Shown here: piece by piece, positions 10,801 to 22,339 of the stretch | How the letters are laid out: every line of letters starts with the position of its first letter | Position numbering within the stretch: position 1 is the stretch's first letter | Source: Ochotona princeps | Lineage: Eukaryota | Assembly (NCBI RefSeq): GCF_030435755.1 | Contig: NC_080855.1 | Span: forward strand, 24,594,445-24,658,444 | Length of the DNA stretch: 64,000 nucleotides | Direction of reading: 5' to 3' | The notes under the pieces: generated by a model | Told to the model about the DNA's origin: nothing | The model's input: the letters and a program-made list of their open reading frames with translations, nothing else | Databases searched by the model: none | Program-made: the position numbers and the translations under genes

Positions 10801-11732
10801 TCATCACTCTGGATATTAAGATAAAAAATGAACTGACAAGGAACCAAAGTAGCAGAGAAGGAAACAATTTAGAAGTAACCCCCTAGGATGCAGGGAGGAT
10901 TCAATTTGTCACCACAGAGCTGGTGATAAGTCGATGAACTGGAGGTGCCTACGGAGCCAATAGGAGTTGGCGATGGAAGGAAAGGCAGAAATCAAGGAGC
11001 CCTTCTTTCTACTGGTTTCTTTCTCTTGGCACTGTGATTTTAATGATTCTCCGATGACTAAGGCAGATGGAGCCAACATCTCGACACTGACCTCTGGGCC
11101 AATATATCCAACTTCTTACTACATGTTGGACAGCCCCACAGGCACCACTGACCAGAACTCGCAGTGAGCTCAGGACACATCCACTCCACATCCCTCTCTG
11201 CGCTCCCTGTGCTCAGCCCTGGCTGACCCCACCGTCTATCCAGCTTCTCAGGGAAGCTCACGAGCTAAGAATTGGCTTGATGAATCCCCATTCCTCAGCC
11301 TCATCCATTTTGTCTCTGGTACGTTCCTGCTTCACAGGTGTCTTTCAGACGGACCACTCCTATCCCTTTGCTGTGGCTGTTGCCTCTCTGTGGGCTCTCA
11401 ATGTCACTCCTGCAAAAAGTGCCACCACCCTTGTTTCCCTGTGCTCCTTCTCTCTGAGTCAGAGAGCTCAGCCTCGAATGCCAGCCTGTGTGGTCACCGT
11501 CCACTGACTTCCCCGGGAAAGGTGGTTTCTCTCTCTGCTCAACCACCCCTAGTACTCATCTTCCTCCTCAGCTCTGAGGCCTCATCCGTCTTTGCTACAG
11601 TCCTCCCTGTACTTCAACTCCAGCAGAGCCAAATATTCATGGTTCTCCAAACACAAGTTCCTGCTTCAGACATTTGCATCTGTATTCAGCTATTTCTTTT
11701 TCTTGTCTTTTTTTTTTTTTTTCCAAATTAAT

Positions 11733-11892
11733 GGACTGGTGCCGTGGCTCTATAGGCTAACCTTCTACCTGCAGGCAGGCATCAGCATTGGCATCCTATA
11801 TGGGCACTGATTCTAGTCCCGGCTGCTTGACTTGCCATCTAGCCTCCTGTTTATGGACTGGAAAAGCAGCAGAGTATGGCCCAGAGCCTCCC
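11733..11892 (+). mobile_element. C-repeat SINE 5' half, sense
   Basis: ggactggtgccgtggctctataggctaacc...catcctatatgggcactgattctagtcccggctgcttgacttgccatctagcctcctgtttatggactggaaaagcagcagagtatggcccag. Confidence 0.75.
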
Positions 11893-12066
11893 CGAATGGC
11901 CATAATGGCTGGAGCTAAGACAGGAACCACATAACTCCATCTGGGTCTCCGACATGGGAACAGGGATCCAAATGCTTGGGCCATCCTCTGTTGCCTTCCC
12001 AGGCACTTTAGCAAGTAGTTGAATTGGAAGCAGAGTAGCCAGGATTCAAACCAGTGTTGCCACACC
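11893..12066 (-). mobile_element. C-repeat SINE fragment, antisense, abutting the preceding sense fragment
   Basis: ccgaatggccataatggctggagctaagacaggaacc...ctgggtctccgacatgggaacagggatccaaatgcttgggccatcctctgttgccttcccagg...agcagagtagccaggattcaaaccagtg. Confidence 0.7.
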
Positions 12067-12704
12067 ATAAACCTCCAGTCCCATGGGAGCTGTTTGACTC
12101 AGAATGTTTGCTACTTTGTCTGACAAACGCGTACTCCTTGCCCACACACCGAATTTATGTCTCTAGTCCCAAACACTCATACAGTCCGTATCTGTTTGAC
12201 ATCTCACTTGGACATATGAGGTATATAGGTCCCTGAAACTTATTATATACTAAATTAAATTATTCATTTTTCCCTCCAAAACTTCCTCTACCTGTCACCT
12301 CGTGCTGTAGTTCAGTCAGGATTTGGGTGTTTCCCAGGGGGTTGTGTTGGGAGTGTTGTCCCCAGGGTTTCAGTACTGGGAAGGGGTGGCCTCTTAAAGA
12401 GGTGAGGCTCGGTGAGGGGTCCTTAGGATCTGTGTCCCTCAGAGGGCTTAGGTTATTCTCAGAAGATTCTGGTGGTGAGCGAACTAGTTAAGCCACAGGA
12501 TCCAAAATGTGGGAACACCCTGCGTTGGTGAAGGGATGGGAAAGCAAGTGATGCAAGCTGGCTGCAGTTCGCCACAGGAAGGACCAAGTGAAAACAGTTG
12601 CCAAGCTGAACACACCTCCCACCCAGCAACTCTTCTTTTCAAAATTTGTCTGACCCTGTCTTCATTCATGTCTTCCAAGTAGTATTGCAAAGATATCCAT
12701 GACA

Positions 12705-13028
12705 TGGGCAGGTTTCAAAGCTCAGTAGGCTAACCCTCCACCCTGTGCCACCAGCATCCCATATGGGTGCCAGTTTGTGTCCCAACTGCTCCACTTCCCA
12801 TCCAGCTCTCTGGTTATGGCCCAGGGAGGGCACAGATGATGTAGAGGATGACCCAAGGTCTTGGAACTTACACCTGTGTGGGAGACCCAGAAGAAGCTTC
12901 GGACCAGCTCAGCTCTGGCCATTGTAGTCATTTAGGGAGTGAACCAATGGATGGAAGACCTTCTCTCTCTGTCTCTCATTCTCTGGCTGTAAATTTGTCA
13001 AAAAATAAATAAATCTTTTTTTTTAAAA
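12705..13028 (+). mobile_element. C-repeat SINE, sense, full length
   Basis: gcaggtttcaaagctcagtaggctaaccc...cagcatcccatatgggtgccagtttgtgtcccaactgctccacttcccatccagctctctggttatggcc...ggctgtaaatttgtcaaaaaataaataaatctttttttt. Confidence 0.85.
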
Positions 13029-13794
13029 GACGTCCATTACAGTGTTGTTTGTAGTTGGCCAGAAACAACCTAATGGTCCTGTTAGTGGGGCTGTGGACCA
13101 GCTGTGGTCTGTCTGTGAAATGCAATGAGACAGGCTTACCTGAACAGGCATGGAATAAACCCTAAGATACATCAGGTGGAAACAGCATGATGTAAGGAAG
13201 CTGAGATGCGACATAGACATTTCAGCTTTGTGAAAGGAAGGTGATTAAATACATACCCGCTTATCTATGCGTAGAATGTTCTGAAAAGGTAAACAAGGAA
13301 CTCTGCATGGTGATGGCCTCTGGGAGGTGAGCTGGAGCACAAGGGGTCAAGGTACAGGAAACTTGACACAATCTGTGGGATTTTTTTCTAAATCAAGTGT
13401 GTTACAACTTCACTAACATAGTATTTTTTAAGTCAACCTTTCTGCTTATTGGACAGGGATAGAGGAAAAAGCTTCAGCCTTCCACGTGGCCTAGGGGCTA
13501 AGACGGACAGGCAAAGGCCAGGTCAAGCTTAGAAGGCTCTGTTCTCTCTGTCATATTCTGCCCCACACACTCTCTCTCTGTTCCGCCTTCTCTCCTACCT
13601 ACCCTTCTCAGCTGCATGGGCAGGTGTAAGAGAGGGACTAGGAGTGAGCCTGGAAGCCTGAACTATAAACCTGACCTTGCCATGGACCCACTCCTATGTG
13701 GCCAGGGTACGCCAGACTGTGTCCAAATCAGCTTGATTCAAGCTGTTAAGACTAGGCAAGTACTTCCTTGTACAGACCTAGGGCGTTTGGGGAA

Positions 13795-14111
13795 GCTAAA
13801 GAAGAAACTGCAGCAGAGGGGCAGAGTCACAGAGAGAGAAGGTCCTTTATCCACTGGTTCATTCCTCAAATGGCCATAAACACCAAAGCTGAGCTGGTCC
13901 GAAGGCAGGAACCAAGAGCCAGGAGCCTTTTCCGGGTCCCTCACGTGTTTGCAGGGTCCCAAGGCCCCAGGTCATCCTCTGCTGCCTTCCCAGGTCATAA
14001 GCAAGGAGCTGGATAGAAAGTGGAGCAGCCAGGACACAAACTGGTTCATACAATGGGATACTGGCACTACAGGGTGGAGGATTATCCTGTTGAGTCATGG
14101 TACCAACCCCC
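13795..14111 (-). mobile_element. C-repeat SINE, antisense
   Basis: cagagagagaaggtcctttatccactggttcattcctcaaatggccataaacacc...gctgccttcccaggtcataagcaaggagctggatagaaagtggagcagccaggacac. Confidence 0.8.
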
Positions 14112-14117
14112 AACTTA

Positions 14118-14440
14118 TTTTTATTTAAAAGGCATACTTACAGAAAAAGGAGAGTGACAGATTTTAGAGAGATTGAGAGAGAAATTTTCACCCACTGGTT
14201 CACTCCCCAGAAGGCTTCAAGGGCTGGTCCTGGGCCAGTGTGAAACTAGAAGCCAGAGTTTGCCCCAGATTTCCCATGTGGGTACATGGGCCTGGACACT
14301 TGATTCATTCTTCACTGCTTCCCCAGGTTATTAATAGAGAGCTGAATAGGAATCAGAGCAGCTGGCACATGAACTGATGCCTATCTGGGATGCCGGCAAT
14401 ACAGACAGAGGCTTAGTGTGCTATGCCACAGCACTGGCCC
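14118..14440 (-). mobile_element. C-repeat SINE, antisense
   Basis: ttttcacccactggttcactccccagaaggcttcaagggctgg...ttcactgcttccccaggttattaatagagagctgaataggaatcagagcagctggcac...ttagtgtgctatgccacagcactggccc. Confidence 0.8.
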
Positions 14441-14460
14441 TATAGTAACTATGTTTTAAA

Positions 14461-14745
14461 TGGTGGTTCTGGTGGCTCATTTGGCCTAGCCATTAAAAAA
14501 CTTAGATGGCTCCACATCCGACAGCGGTGCCTGAGTCTGAGTCCTGGCTCTGTTCCTGATTCCAGGGTTCCTCCTGCTCATGGGCAACCCAGGGTGCCTC
14601 CCAGAGGGCAGCAGGAGACAGCTTAAGGGACTGGGTTCCTGTCACCCAGGTGACCTGGATTGAGTTCCCACTCCTGGGCATTCGAGGAGTGAACCAGTGG
14701 ATGGAAGCTCTCTGTCTCTCCATCTCTCAAATAAATAAAATGAGA
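14461..14745 (+). mobile_element. C-repeat SINE, sense, diverged
   Basis: ggtggttctggtggctcatttggcctagcc...ccactcctgggcattcgaggagtgaaccagtggatggaagctctctgtctctccatctctcaaataaataaaatga. Confidence 0.7.
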
Positions 14746-16032
14746 ATTAAAGAGAACAAGTAAATGCAATTAATACACCAATAAGACACTGGTTCTAAGC
14801 ATTGGTTTCTCCTGTTGCCAAGCCCAGTTTACCATGACAAGCATAGGAACCATGATGGTCCTCACTCCAGGGCCTAGTTCTGGACAGGGTACTCTGGTAT
14901 GGCAAGGGCCAGGACTAACCCCAGGCCCAGGGAAACCGAGGCAGAAAGCTTGGTTCTCCCAACAGAGGAAAGGAAGGAGGCAAGGACCCGAGGGGCCTAG
15001 GGGTCCCCAGGCTCTTTGCCTGCAGGGAAAGGAGAAGAAAACTCCTCTCCAGACCCCCAGGCTTTTTGGAGAGCAGGTAAAGGGCACACTTTGTAGCACA
15101 AGGCAAGAACGAGGGGAGGGGCGACTCCATCCCCCCGCCTGTCCGCTCCCATCTGCACGGGCCAGAGCAAGTGTTGTAGGACTGGATCCCTTTGACCTAG
15201 GATTCCTGGGCTGCAGCAATCCTTAAAGACATTCCAGCCCAAGTCTGGGATGCCAGCATGCCTTCCCCACCCCCGCAGAGCTGGCACAGCCCCAGGGAAA
15301 CCAAGACCATTCTCCTGCTCCTTCTGCAGGAGGGGCAGGCCTGGGAGGACTTTCCCTGCTCGGGCTCCACCCCAGCTCCTACCTGAGACAGCTCCACTTT
15401 TTCCTCCTCCAGAGCCAGCTTAAAGTCAGGAGGCGGCACAGCGCCTCAGAGAAGCCCAGGACGTCCTCCAGATCGCTAGGCGGTCAGACCAGCTTCATTA
15501 AAATGAACTTTGTTCCCCCTGGATTTGTTCACGGAGGTGTTCTTGTGTACTTGATTACAGTTCCCATGGCGACAGGCTCACGAAGCGACAGGCAATGGGA
15601 AGGCATCAGCATCTTCCGGTAAAGCAGAGATTTGACCTCATTTGTAGTCACACATGCACCAGGCAACCTTGCAAATGGCACAGCGTGAATAGCGTGCACA
15701 GAGTTCTGAATGACTTAGGAGAAAAGAACATTAAATATAATAGTGCAGCTGGAAGGAGGTGCTCTATTTCTGGTTCAGCCGAGGTGGTTAATAGCTGGGA
15801 ATTGCTCATAGCAGCATTAACCTTTTACATCCAAGAAGGGAGACGGCCAGGGCAAGGTATGCAAGCCAACAGCCTCCAAGCCAAGCCTTAATCCACATAT
15901 GTCTTGTCTGATTTCAGGTTGAAAATTTGTTTGACGTCAACTTTTAAAAAATCAATATCATTCATGAAAAAAAAAAAGCCAACCACAGCCCTTCTGTGTC
16001 AAGGCCACCAAGTACCCACCTAAAATCAACTT

Positions 16033-16150
16033 GGAGCTGGCATTGTGGCTTACTGAATTAAGATGCCGCTGCAACAATGGCATCCCATATTGAAATGGGG
16101 TTCAAGTCCTGGTTGTTCCACCTCCAATCTAGCTCTCTGCTAACGCGTCC
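16033..16150 (+). mobile_element. C-repeat SINE head fragment, sense
   Basis: ggagctggcattgtggcttactgaattaagatgccgctgcaacaatggcatcccatattgaaatggggttcaagtcctggttgttccacctccaatctagctctctgctaa. Confidence 0.65.
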
Positions 16151-16159
16151 TAGATAAGC

Positions 16160-16452
16160 TGCGTAAGTACTGCCATCCCATATGGGTGCCGGTTCAAGTC
16201 CCAGGTGCTCCACTTATGAATTAGCTCTCTGTTAATGTACCTGGAAAAACAGCAGTGGGTGATCCAAGCACTGCCACCCACATCAGAGTTCCAGATAAAA
16301 TTCCTGCCTCCTGGCTCTGGCCTGGCCCAATCCTGGGCACTGCAGCCAATTGGGAAGTGAACCAAAACATGAGAGAACTCTGTCTCTCTTGCTATCTTTT
16401 CCTCTCTCTGTAACTCTGCCTTTCAAATAAGATAAGTAGAATCTTTAAAAAA
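16160..16452 (+). mobile_element. C-repeat SINE, sense
   Basis: gtactgccatcccatatgggtgccggttcaagtcccaggtgctccacttatgaattagctctctgttaatgtacctggaaaaacagcagtgggtgatccaagcactg...gtaactctgcctttcaaataagataagtag. Confidence 0.8.
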
Positions 16453-16459
16453 AATGCAA

Positions 16460-16665
16460 AAGATGGAGATGGCCCAAGTGCTTGGACACCTGTCACCCAT
16501 GTGGGAGACCCAGATGGAGCTTGGCTCTTGGCTTTAGTTTAGTCCCAGCCCTCGCAGCTATTTGGAAAGTGAACTAGTAGCTGGAAGATTCATTCATTCT
16601 CTCTCTCCCCCTCCCTCCCTCACATACACTGTTACTCTATTTTTCAAATAAGTAAATAGATCTTT
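16460..16665 (+). mobile_element. C-repeat SINE 3' half, sense
   Basis: gatggcccaagtgcttggacacctgtcacccatgtgggagacccagatggagcttggctcttggctttag...agctatttggaaagtgaactagtagctggaagattc. Confidence 0.7.
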
Positions 16666-16869
16666 TAAAAAGTTGAACAAATATGGGTTAAGTCAATGCA
16701 GTGAGGACAACCACACAGCACGGCAACTGTGTGCATGTCATCAGTAGGTGTTGGAAATGACTTACAGGAAATGACTTACAGATTTCTAGGGAATCTCAGG
16801 GAAAGGGGTTTGACTCCTGCTAGCGGGAGGGGTATGCCTGGATATCTTTGTAAAATATCACTTAGTTAT

Positions 16870-17192
16870 TCATTGAACTTATTTGAAAGACTGAGAGACA
16901 GACATACAGGGAGACAAAGAAATATCTGCCATCTGCCGGTTCACTCTCCAAACATCCCAAACATATTTGAGATTGGGCAAGGCTGAAGCCAGGAGCTTGG
17001 TACTCAATCCAGGACTCCCACGTGGGTGGCAGGGACTCAAGTACCTGAGCCCTCACCTGCTGCTTCCTAGAGTGTGCATCAGCCAGGAGTTGGAATGGAG
17101 AGTGGAACGGAGATTTGAACCTGGGCACTCTACTACAGTATGCAGGCATTCCAGGTGGTGGCTGAATCAGTGAGCCAAATGCTCACTCCTAT
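16870..17192 (-). mobile_element. C-repeat SINE, antisense
   Basis: ctgccggttcactctccaaac...ggctgaagccaggagcttggtactcaatccaggactcccacgtgggtggcagggactcaagtacctgagccc...gccaggagttggaatggagagtggaacgg. Confidence 0.8.
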
Positions 17193-17221
17193 GTCCGGGT
17201 ATCTTAATGAGCTTTATCTAA

Positions 17222-17562
17222 GAGGTAAGAGGAGTGCCTGGCGCAGTAGCCTAGCAGCCATAGTCCTTGTCTTACACCTGCAGGAATCCCATATTGGTGC
17301 TGGTCCGTATTGCGGCAGCCCCACTTCCCCTTCAGCTCCCTACTTGTGACCTGGGAAAGCAGTTGAGGATGACCCAAAGCCTTGGGACCCTGCACCCGTG
17401 GGGAAGACCTGGAGAAGCTCCTGGCTCCTGGCTTTGGAACAGTTCAGCTCCAACCCTTGCGGCCACTTGAGGGTTAATCAATGGATGGAAGATCTTTCTG
17501 TCTGTCTTCCCTTATCTCTGTATAACTGACTTTCCAATAAAATAATAAATCTTTTTAAAAAG
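17222..17562 (+). mobile_element. C-repeat SINE, sense, full length
   Basis: ggtaagaggagtgcctggcgcagtagcctagcagccatagtcc...ggaatcccatattggtgctggtccgtattgcggcagccccacttccccttcagctccctacttgtgacctgggaaagcagttgagg...ctgactttccaataaaataataaatcttttt. Confidence 0.85.
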
Positions 17563-17649
17563 AGGTAAGAGGAAAGGAGCAAGATTAAATAGTTTGGATA
17601 ATGTTCTTAAAAAGAAAAGAAAAGAGAAAATTTTTTAAAAGAGAGAGAT

Positions 17650-17940
17650 ATTTGATCACTTTATTTGAAAGAATTACAGAGAGCGAGGGAGAGACAGAGA
17701 GCTCTTCTGTCTGCTAATTCCCTCCCTCGATGGCCACAAAGGCTGGGATGGGGCAAGGAGCCTGGAACTCTATCAGGATCTCGCACATGAGTGCAGGGCC
17801 CCAAGCACTTGGGCCATCTTTCACTGCTTTCCAGGCCCGTGAGCAGGGGCTGGATGGGAAGTATAGCAGGGGGATGCGAACCAGCACTTAGTTGGCATGA
17901 CAGGCTGCACCCTAACATGCTGTGCCACAGCGACAGCCCC
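17650..17940 (-). mobile_element. C-repeat SINE, antisense
   Basis: tttatttgaaagaattacagagagcgagggagagacagagagctcttctgtctgctaattccc...gctttccaggcccgtgagcaggggctggatgggaagtatagc...ttggcatgacaggctgcaccc. Confidence 0.75.
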
Positions 17941-18399
17941 TGGATAATGTTCTAAATGTCTGCATTCAGACGTGAGTACAGACTGATCTCACACAGCCCC
18001 GAGTGACCTTGTCTTGGTGAACTCGCTGTTCTATAAACTTGTTTGTCAAGAGAAAACAGGCGCCAAGCTGTGTCACTCTGACTCCTGTCAAGCATGAAGC
18101 CCAAGATGGCCATGCCAGGCTACCCGTACAGTGTCAGAGCCAACTTCCTTTTGCTCAGTCTCCGTTGGTGGCCAAGGTAGATGGTGACAGGCCTCAGGGC
18201 TGCAGCCTGTTATACCTTTGCGTTATAGCCTGTTATAGCCTTTGCGTTGCTGGAGTTTTGCTCACCAGGTGACTGTCTTGAGCTGGATGAAGGCTGTTCT
18301 CTCTCTCTCTCCTTTTGTTGAAAGATTCTCTGATGTGACAATGGTCACACAGTAGCTTTTCAGACTCTGGAATACTTCACAGTAACGCAGCGTAGGAAA

Positions 18400-18740
18400 T
18401 GTCCAGGGCCCAGCACGATGGCTCATTTGGATAATCCTCCCTTTGTAAGTGCCAGGATCCCATATGGGTGCTGGGTTCATGTCCTGGCTGCTCCACTTCC
18501 CATCCAGCTCCCTGCCTGTGGCCTGGGAAAGGAGCAGAGGATGGCTCAAAGCTTTGGAACCCTGCACCCACGTGGGAGACCTGGAAGAAGCTCCTGGTTT
18601 CTGACTTCTGGCTTCAGATAAGCTCCGGCTCTTGTGGCCACGTGGGGACTGAACTAGTGGATAGAAGATCTTTCTCTGTGTTTCTCCTTCTCTTTGTAAA
18701 TCTGCCTTTCCACCTAAAAAAATTATAATAAAATTTTTAA
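18400..18740 (+). mobile_element. C-repeat SINE, sense, full length
   Basis: ccagggcccagcacgatggctcatttggataatcc...gccaggatcccatatgggtgctgggttcatgtcctggctgctccacttcccatccagctccctgcctgtggcctgggaaaggagcagaggatggctcaaagc. Confidence 0.85.
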
Positions 18741-18874
18741 AAAGAAATGTCCAGAAACAAAGATGGTTATTAATCCCTTTAATAGGCTCAAAGATAGGGG
18801 AGCTAGATTATTAAACCCAGACCATGAAAATATGCTTCAAAGTTCAACTTATCTTCTAATTTAAAATATTATTT

Positions 18875-19107
18875 GGTTGTCTGAAAGTCAGAATTAGAAA
18901 GAGTAAGCAAGAAATCTATCTGCTGAATCACACCGCCGTTGGCTTCAATGGCCAGGGCAGGGCTGGCCTGAAGCCAGGAGCCAGGAGCTTCCGCCAGATC
19001 TCCCACATGAGTGTGTGGTGGGAGCTCAAGGATTTTTATTAGTGGGGCGCTAGATTGGAGCTGGGACCTGAACAAGCACCCTCTTGCCATGAAACAACAC
19101 CAGCCCC
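18875..19107 (-). mobile_element. C-repeat SINE, antisense, partial
   Basis: tctgctgaatcacaccgccgttggcttcaatggccagggcagggctggcctgaagccaggagccaggagcttccgccagatctcccacatgagtgtg. Confidence 0.65.
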
Positions 19108-19111
19108 TTCT

Positions 19112-19432
19112 TCTTCATAAGGATTTATTTGAAAGGTAGTTAGAGAAAAGAGAAAGAGGAAGAGATATTCTGTCTACTGGTTTACTCCCCATATGTGGCA
19201 TTAGTCAGGGTTGGGCCATGTTGGACTAGGCTGAAGCCAGGAGCTTCTTCTGTGTCTTACATGTGGATTTTGGGGTCCAAACACTTGGACCATCCTTTGC
19301 TGCTTCTCCCAGGGACATCAGATACGTCGGCAGTAGAGCAGTTGGGACTTAAACCGCTACCCATGTGGGATGCTGGCAACCTAGGTGGTAAAATTGCCCC
19401 ACCAAGCAGCAGTGCTGGCTCCCAAGCTCCTT
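19112..19432 (-). mobile_element. C-repeat SINE, antisense
   Basis: ataaggatttatttgaaaggtagttagagaaaagag...ctggtttactccccatatgtggcattagtcagg...gctgcttctcccagggacatcagatacgtcggcagtagagcagttgggac. Confidence 0.8.
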
Positions 19433-19794
19433 CTTTATGGGCCAGGCCAAATCCAAGAACTGGAATTGCAGTCTCTCTGTGGGTGGCAGGACCTTAAGCT
19501 CTCACCATTGCCTCCAGGGTCTGCCCTGGAGGAAGAGAGTCAGGGGCCTTATCAAGGATGAAACCCATGCATTCCATTAGCATGTGTCTCAACTGCTAGG
19601 TTAATTCCCCTTGCCTCGAGCTTGTCTATTTCAGAGATTAAAAAAATGATTCCTATAAATATATGTATATATATATATATGTACATATTTTTGAAAGGTA
19701 GAGATACAGGGAGAGAAAGAGGGGGAGAGCTCAATCTTCCATCCAAAAGTCCCATCTCTCTGTCAAATAAACAAATCTTTTTTATATACTTTTA

Positions 19795-19938
19795 AAAGAA
19801 AGATTTATTTGTTTTTATTGGATAGTCAAATATACAGAGAGAAGGAGAGATAGAGAGAAAGACCTTCCGTCTGATGATTCGCTCCCCAAGTGGCTGCAAC
19901 GGCCAGAGCTTTAGCTGCTAGGCTACTGCACTGGGCCC
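19795..19938 (-). mobile_element. C-repeat SINE, antisense, with about 190 bp internal deletion
   Basis: aagatttatttgtttttattggatagtcaaatatacagag...gatgattcgctccccaagtggctgcaacggccagagc is joined directly to tttagctgctaggctactgcactgggcccc. Confidence 0.7.
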
Positions 19939-19954
19939 CAAACAAACAAATCTT

Positions 19955-20289
19955 TTTTTTTTTTTTTAAAGATTTATTCATTTTATTACAGCCAGATATA
20001 CAGAGAGGAGGAGAGACAGAGAGGAAGATCTTCTATCCGATGATTCACTCCCCAAGTGAGCCGCAACGGCCGGTGCGCGCCGATCCGAAGCCAGGAACCT
20101 GGAACCTCTTCTGGGTCTCCCACGCGGGTGCAGGGTCCCAAAGCATTGGGCCGTCCTCGACTGCTTTCCCAGGCCACAGGCAGGGAGCTGAATGGGAAGT
20201 GGAGCTGCTGGGATTAGAACCGGCGCCCATATGGGATCCCGGGGCTTTCAAGGCGAGGACTTTAGCCACTAGGCCACGCCGCCGGGCCC
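19955..20289 (-). mobile_element. C-repeat SINE, antisense, full length, young-looking (many CpGs, 16-bp TSD caaacaaacaaatctt)
   Basis: (T)n aaagatttattcattttattacagccagatatacagagagg...cgatgattcactccccaagtgagccgcaacggccggtgcgcgccgatccgaagccaggaacc...ttagccactaggccacgccgccgggccc. Direct repeats caaacaaacaaatctt at 19940-19955 and 20291-20306. Confidence 0.9.
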
Positions 20290-20321
20290 TCAAACAAACA
20301 AATCTTAAAAAAATAAAAAAT

Positions 20322-20616
20322 AACTTGTGTGATAACCCAGTGGCTAAAGTCCTTGCCTTGTACACACCAGGATCCCATATGGGCTACCCTGTTTCCCATC
20401 CATCTTCCTGCTTGTGGCCTGGGAAAGAAGTCAAAGACAGCCCCAAGTCTTGGAACCTTGCACCCATGTGGGAGCCCTGCAAGAAGCTCCAGGTTCCTGG
20501 TTTTAGATCAGCTCAGCTCCGGCTGTTGCGGCCACTTGCGGAGTGAACAGGTGGATGAAAGCTCTTCCTCTCCATCTCTCCTCCTCTCTGTAAATCTGAC
20601 TTTCCAATAGAAAGAA

Positions 20617-20667
<51 letters not shown>

Positions 20668-20680
20668 ATCTTTTGTTTGT
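20322..20680 (+). mobile_element. C-repeat SINE, sense, with expanded (AAAT)14 tail at 20614-20669
   Basis: cccagtggctaaagtccttgccttgtacacaccaggatcccatatgggctaccctgtttcccatccatcttcctgcttgtggcctgggaaagaagtcaaag ... gaataaataaataaataaat... Confidence 0.85.
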
Positions 20681-21303
20681 TTGTTTTCTGACATTTTATT
20701 TTATTTTATTTTACAAACGTAACATCAAAGTTTCTATGCAGTTACATCTTAACATTAACAGTAATAAATTGATAAAGGTTTGGGGGGAGAATCTTAAGCC
20801 ACAATTTAAGTTTTGCAGTATATAGTGATTTAAGCACGGTTTTACAGAACTTTGTATTTTAACAACTGAAGAATAGAAAAGTTTTAGGCAGATGAGCAGG
20901 GAAATCCCCAACAACCTAGTGAATGAGGAAGAATTTAACCCTACATTCTACCTACTGAAGTCCAGGAGAAGCAAATAGGGAGTCTGACCAGTAAGTACAG
21001 GCTGAGTAATTATAGGCTAGTTGGCCTTTTCCCTGACTGTTCCAGACTTTCTGTACCAGTGTCTCTCTCTGTCTATCTGGAAAGCCAAATGGGAAGCCAG
21101 AGCAGTAAGGTACAAGCTGAGTGATTATCAACTAGCTGACCTTTGTTAGTCTCTGTATCTGAACTAATTTTGGGGCTCACAAGCAACCCTGATGGTAGGT
21201 GTAAGAGAGGGCTGGGAGTCAAGGCTGGAACTAGATAAGAACCAGAGAGAAAGCTTCCAATAAAATAAATAAATAAATAAATCTTTAAAAAAAAAAAAAA
21301 AGT

Positions 21304-21640
21304 CCAGGCCCGGTGGCGTGGCCTAGCAGCTAAAGTCCTTGCCTTGAATGCGCCCGGGATCCCAAATGGACGCCGGTTCTAGTCCTGGCTCCTCCACTTT
21401 CCATCCAGCTCCCTGCTTGTGGCCTGGGAAAGCAGTCGAGGATGGCCCAAAGCTTTGGGACCCTGCACCTGTGTGGGAGACTCTGAAGAGGTTCCTGGTT
21501 CCCAGCTTCGGATCGGCGCAGCACCTGCCATTGCAGTCACTTGGGGAGTGAATCAACGGACAGAAGATTTTCTTCTCTGTTTCTCTTCCTCTCTGTGTAT
21601 CTGACTTTGTAATAAAAATAAATAAATCTTAAAAAAATTT
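21304..21640 (+). mobile_element. C-repeat SINE, sense, full length, CpG-rich
   Basis: ccaggcccggtggcgtggcctagcagctaaagtccttgccttgaatgcgcccgggatcccaaatggacgccggttctagtcctggctcctccactttccatccagctccctgcttgtggcctgggaaagcagtcgagg...gtaataaaaataaataaatctt. Confidence 0.9.
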
Positions 21641-21724
21641 TAAAAAGAAATCCAAAATGTTTATATTTATATAGATGTAGTGCAGTGTTTTCTATAAATA
21701 ATATTTCCTGAGTTTATATATATT

Positions 21725-22058
21725 TTTATTTAAGATTTATTTTATTTTCATTTTAAAGGCACACACACAGAGAGAAGGAGAGACAGACAGAGAAAGATAT
21801 CTTCCATCTACTGGTTTGTTCCCCAAATGTCCGCAATAGGCAAAACTGAGCCGATTGAAAGCCTGGAGCCAGGAGCTTCCTCTGGGTCTCCCACAGGCAT
21901 GCAGGGACCTAGGATCTTGAAGCAACTTCCTCTGCTTTCCCAGGCCATAGCAGGGAGCTGGATGGGAAGTGGAGCAGCTGTGACTTGAAGTGGTGACCAT
22001 ATGGGATGCTTGTGCCACAGATGGAGGCTTTGCTTGCTATACCATGGCGCCAGCCCTC
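21725..22058 (-). mobile_element. C-repeat SINE, antisense
   Basis: atttttatttaagatttattttattttcattttaaaggcacacacacagagagaagg...ctggtttgttccccaaatgtccgcaataggc...gctttcccaggccatagcagggagctggatgggaagtggagcagctgtgac. Confidence 0.8.
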
Positions 22059-22339
22059 TGGATTTATGATTTTAAGCTTCAATTGGCCATAAGGCTCTTG
22101 AGTAGAAGGGATGTTGCTGATGATGATGGCTTTTAGAGACACGTTGTGGATTCCCTTTCCAGCCATTGCATCCTGTCCTGGGAAGGGCCACTTCCAGAGT
22201 GTGCTCCTGGTAGGCTCCCCAAGGAGCCAGTCTTGGCCTCATTCTGGAGGTTTCTGGGCCTCAGTTTCAGGCAAACATCATCACCTGATATCTATGAAAA
22301 GATCCAGCAGCTGCTCTAAGTGAACGGGGTAAACTGGCA

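Noticed and set aside
14770-15440. Overlapping 130-150 aa ORFs on both strands in a moderately GC-rich intergenic segment
   Set aside because: No homology, no splice-compatible structure, and mutually overlapping frames. Possibly a weak CpG-rich regulatory patch, but not supportable as a gene.
19890-20546. 218-aa plus-strand ORF
   Set aside because: Spans three consecutive SINE copies. The recurring peptides (HSPSE..CADPKPG..SHAGAGSQ.. and SHMG..HPSSCLWPGKEV) are SINE translations seen throughout the track.
20614-20669. Regular (AAAT)14 array, considered briefly as a periodic repeat or CRISPR-like array
   Set aside because: It is a simple 4-bp microsatellite forming the expanded A-rich tail of a SINE. 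There are no spacers and no repeats of CRISPR length. CRISPR is not expected in a mammalian genome.
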